Source of the DNA: an uncultured delta proteobacterium
GTDB taxonomy: Bacteria; Desulfobacterota; Desulfobacteria; Desulfobacterales; SG8-13
Assembly (NCBI GenBank): GCA_963848135.1
Contig: CAWKCK010000017.1
Location: 1,282,538-1,346,537, forward strand
Length of the DNA stretch: 64,000 nt
Reading direction: 5' to 3'
Under the pieces are notes generated by a model. It saw only the letters and a program-made list of their open reading frames with translations, was not told the origin of the DNA and did not search any database. Within the stretch, counting starts at the first letter, position 1. Each line of letters opens with the position of its first letter. Positions 62,181 to 64,000 of this stretch are shown in pieces. Position numbers and translations under genes: made by a program.

Positions 62181-62196
62181 TGGCACACGGCTTGCT
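62181..62196 (+). promoter_or_regulatory. sigma54 promoter for the tauE operon
   Basis: TGGCAC-ACGGC-TTGCT, perfect -24/-12 consensus. Confidence 0.8.
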
Positions 62197-62392
62197 TAAC
62201 ACCATTGCATCTTTTGAACATTGTGCGATCTTAGGTTGCACGGTCGCAATCGACGATACCGCGATGATAAGCAGCCAACGGACTGACAGCGGTCACCTTG
62301 TCATCGAAAGCGACCGGGAATTTTAAACACGCACAGGACAATCCTTAGCCGGAGCCTGCTGCGACGAATAAACCATATTGAGGAGGTCGTGT

Positions 62393-63553
62393 ATGAAGAA
62401 GAGTCTGAAAATCGCGAGTTTATTGCTCCTGGTGGTCATGGTGGCAGTACCGTTGCTGCTGACGGGCACCGCGGTGGCAGAAACACTGGAAGAAGCAATT
62501 GCCAAGACCCCGGCGGGCACCGAGGCCGGACAGATCGATCCTGAAGCGAAAACCGGTTTTCTCGGTATCCCTGGAGCACCGGACCCCAGCTTGGTCGTCG
62601 GGTTTTTTTGGGCCGTATGGGTCGGTTGGATCTTTTCCACGGTCGGTGCATTCGGCGGTATCATGGCAGGTGTCGGCCACATCACGGTTTTCGGCCTGGC
62701 CGATTATGGCAAAACTTTCAAAAAGACATCCCCCGCTCTGAACAAACTCATAACTGACAGTATCCGGGTCTCCAACCAGTGGCTGGTCGGACTGAGCGCG
62801 GCGGTATCCAGTTTCAACTATTACAAAATGGGTCGCCTGGTGCTGCCTCTCGGCATTGCATTGGCCATCGGTTCCGTGGCCGGCAGCATATTGATACCGA
62901 TCATCACGGCCGGTAAAATATCTCTTAAGGCTTACCTGGGTTATTTTGGCCTGTGCGTGTTTGTTATCGGCGCGTTTCTCTTCTATGAAACCACTCCCAA
63001 GGGTCAGGCCGGTAAAAAAGAAGCCAAAGCGGCAGCCAAAGCTTTTGAGGACGCGAACATAAAGAAATCCTCCTCCCTCGCCGAAGAAGATCGGGGGGTC
63101 AGGGTTCACCAATGGGGTATCGGCCGCGTTACTTTTTCCTTTTATGGCGTGGAATTCAGCTTTCGGCCCATCATCCCGATCATTGGTGGTTTTTTTATTG
63201 CCGCCCTGGCATCCTTTCTGGGCATCGGTGGCGGCTTCCTGTTCGTCCCCTTCCTGACCAGTATTGCCGGCCTGCCCATGTTCCTCGTCGCCGGCACCTC
63301 GGCCCTGACGGTTCTGGTTGGGATGATCATCAGCGTCTTCACCTATATGCTGGTTAAAGGAGTCCCTGTATACTGGTCCCTCATCGGCATTGAGCTGATC
63401 GGTATCTTCGTCGGTTCCATGATCGGCCCGCGAACCTCCAAGTACATTCCGGACATCTGGCTCAAACGCTTGTTCGTCGTTCTGGCGCTCTATGTCGGAC
63501 TGCGGTATACCACAAAGGGGTTTCTGGGCTACAGCATCGTTCCACCGTTCTGA
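62393..63553 (+). CDS. tauE: TauE/SafE-family sulfite/sulfur-compound transporter
   Basis: STVGAFGGIM, LGIGGGFLFVPFL, VAGTSAL, GSMIGP..S; many TMs; RBS aggagg. Confidence 0.9.
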   Translation: MKKSLKIASLLLLVVMVAVPLLLTGTAVAETLEEAIAKTPAGTEAGQIDPEAKTGFLGIPGAPDPSLVVGFFWAVWVGWIFSTVGAFGGIMAGVGHITVFGLADYGKTFKKTSPALNKLITDSIRVSNQWLVGLSAAVSSFNYYKMGRLVLPLGIALAIGSVAGSILIPIITAGKISLKAYLGYFGLCVFVIGAFLFYETTPKGQAGKKEAKAAAKAFEDANIKKSSSLAEEDRGVRVHQWGIGRVTFSFYGVEFSFRPIIPIIGGFFIAALASFLGIGGGFLFVPFLTSIAGLPMFLVAGTSALTVLVGMIISVFTYMLVKGVPVYWSLIGIELIGIFVGSMIGPRTSKYIPDIWLKRLFVVLALYVGLRYTTKGFLGYSIVPPF

Positions 63554-63614
63554 TGCGCAACCGGCCACCTTGTGCCCGGATGCCCAATAGATGCATCGGA
63601 CAAACGCGATAGGA

Positions 63615-63644
63615 CCTGCTCCCGGATCACGAATCGGGAGCAGG
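63615..63644 (+). terminator. Hairpin after tauE
   Basis: cctgctcccg ... cgggagcagg 10-bp stem; no U-tract. Confidence 0.4.
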
Positions 63645-63701
63645 ACAACAAATCCAGACCGGCGGGATAAATAAAATAATTTGCCACCCAGAGGGCTTGC
63701 T

Positions 63702-64000
63702 ATGGCTATGATGAATACATTATATTTACACATTGATCGTTTTCTGATCGGATTCTATCGGATCAGCGAAGTTCCCATTTTTGGTTACCTTTTTGGATCG
63801 GCCATTCTGGGTCTCCTGTGTGTTGTGTTGGGCCAGTTCACCCTATCTCTCGCCTACAGGGCCAACCGGAAAAATCTCAACAGCAACAACAAAGAGATGG
63901 TCCGGATGCACAACCTTTCGATTTACGCGTTGCTGGCAAAAAATAAAAAGGCCTATAAGAGCTGCAACAAAGAGGCCAACGACGCATTCGGAAAATATTT
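63702..64000 (+). CDS. Membrane protein, runs off window end
   Basis: Open frame MAMMNTLYLHIDRFLIGFYRISEVPIFGYLFG...KAYKSCNKEANDAFGKY, co-oriented after tauE. Confidence 0.75.
   Translation, partial: MAMMNTLYLHIDRFLIGFYRISEVPIFGYLFGSAILGLLCVVLGQFTLSLAYRANRKNLNSNNKEMVRMHNLSIYALLAKNKKAYKSCNKEANDAFGKY

Noticed and set aside
62420..63733. Long antisense ORFs (also 8261-9277, 22708-23823, 6404-7264, 54885-55766)
   Set aside because: Shadows of well-supported genes on the opposite strand in GC-rich coding DNA; no motifs of their own.

Overview
Gene-dense 64 kb bacterial window. Gene content (Mo/Fe-S oxidoreductases, TauE, sigma54 promoters) suggests an anaerobic Desulfobacterota/Desulfobacterales-like organism; this is inference. 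Left to right: DegP and M16 protease, a CusR/CopR-like two-component system, OmpA, two SYLF proteins, AsmA; a DUF4143 ATPase; a membrane-anchored sigma54 activator, a VapBC-type TA pair, and an accessory block of two sulfatases, a HAD phosphatase and many lipoproteins; a ~9.4 kb glucosylglycerate-type cluster (GpgS, three GT4, GH13_18 phosphorylase, HAD, degenerate M20 protein) bracketed by a 154-bp direct repeat of a lipoprotein gene's 3' end; patatin and alpha/beta hydrolase; a cytochrome b / Rieske / octaheme-HEAT-TPR cytochrome c operon; and a divergent sigma54 locus encoding a Tat-less PsrA/PhsA-like molybdoenzyme, Fe-S proteins, an NfnB/GltD-like flavoprotein and TauE. Also present: a four-member TATAG-ended MITE-like family, other structured intergenic elements, and decayed gene remnants at block junctions. 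Seven genes carry single-base +1 frameshifts that look like sequencing errors. No rRNA, tRNA, CRISPR array, integrase or transposase was seen.
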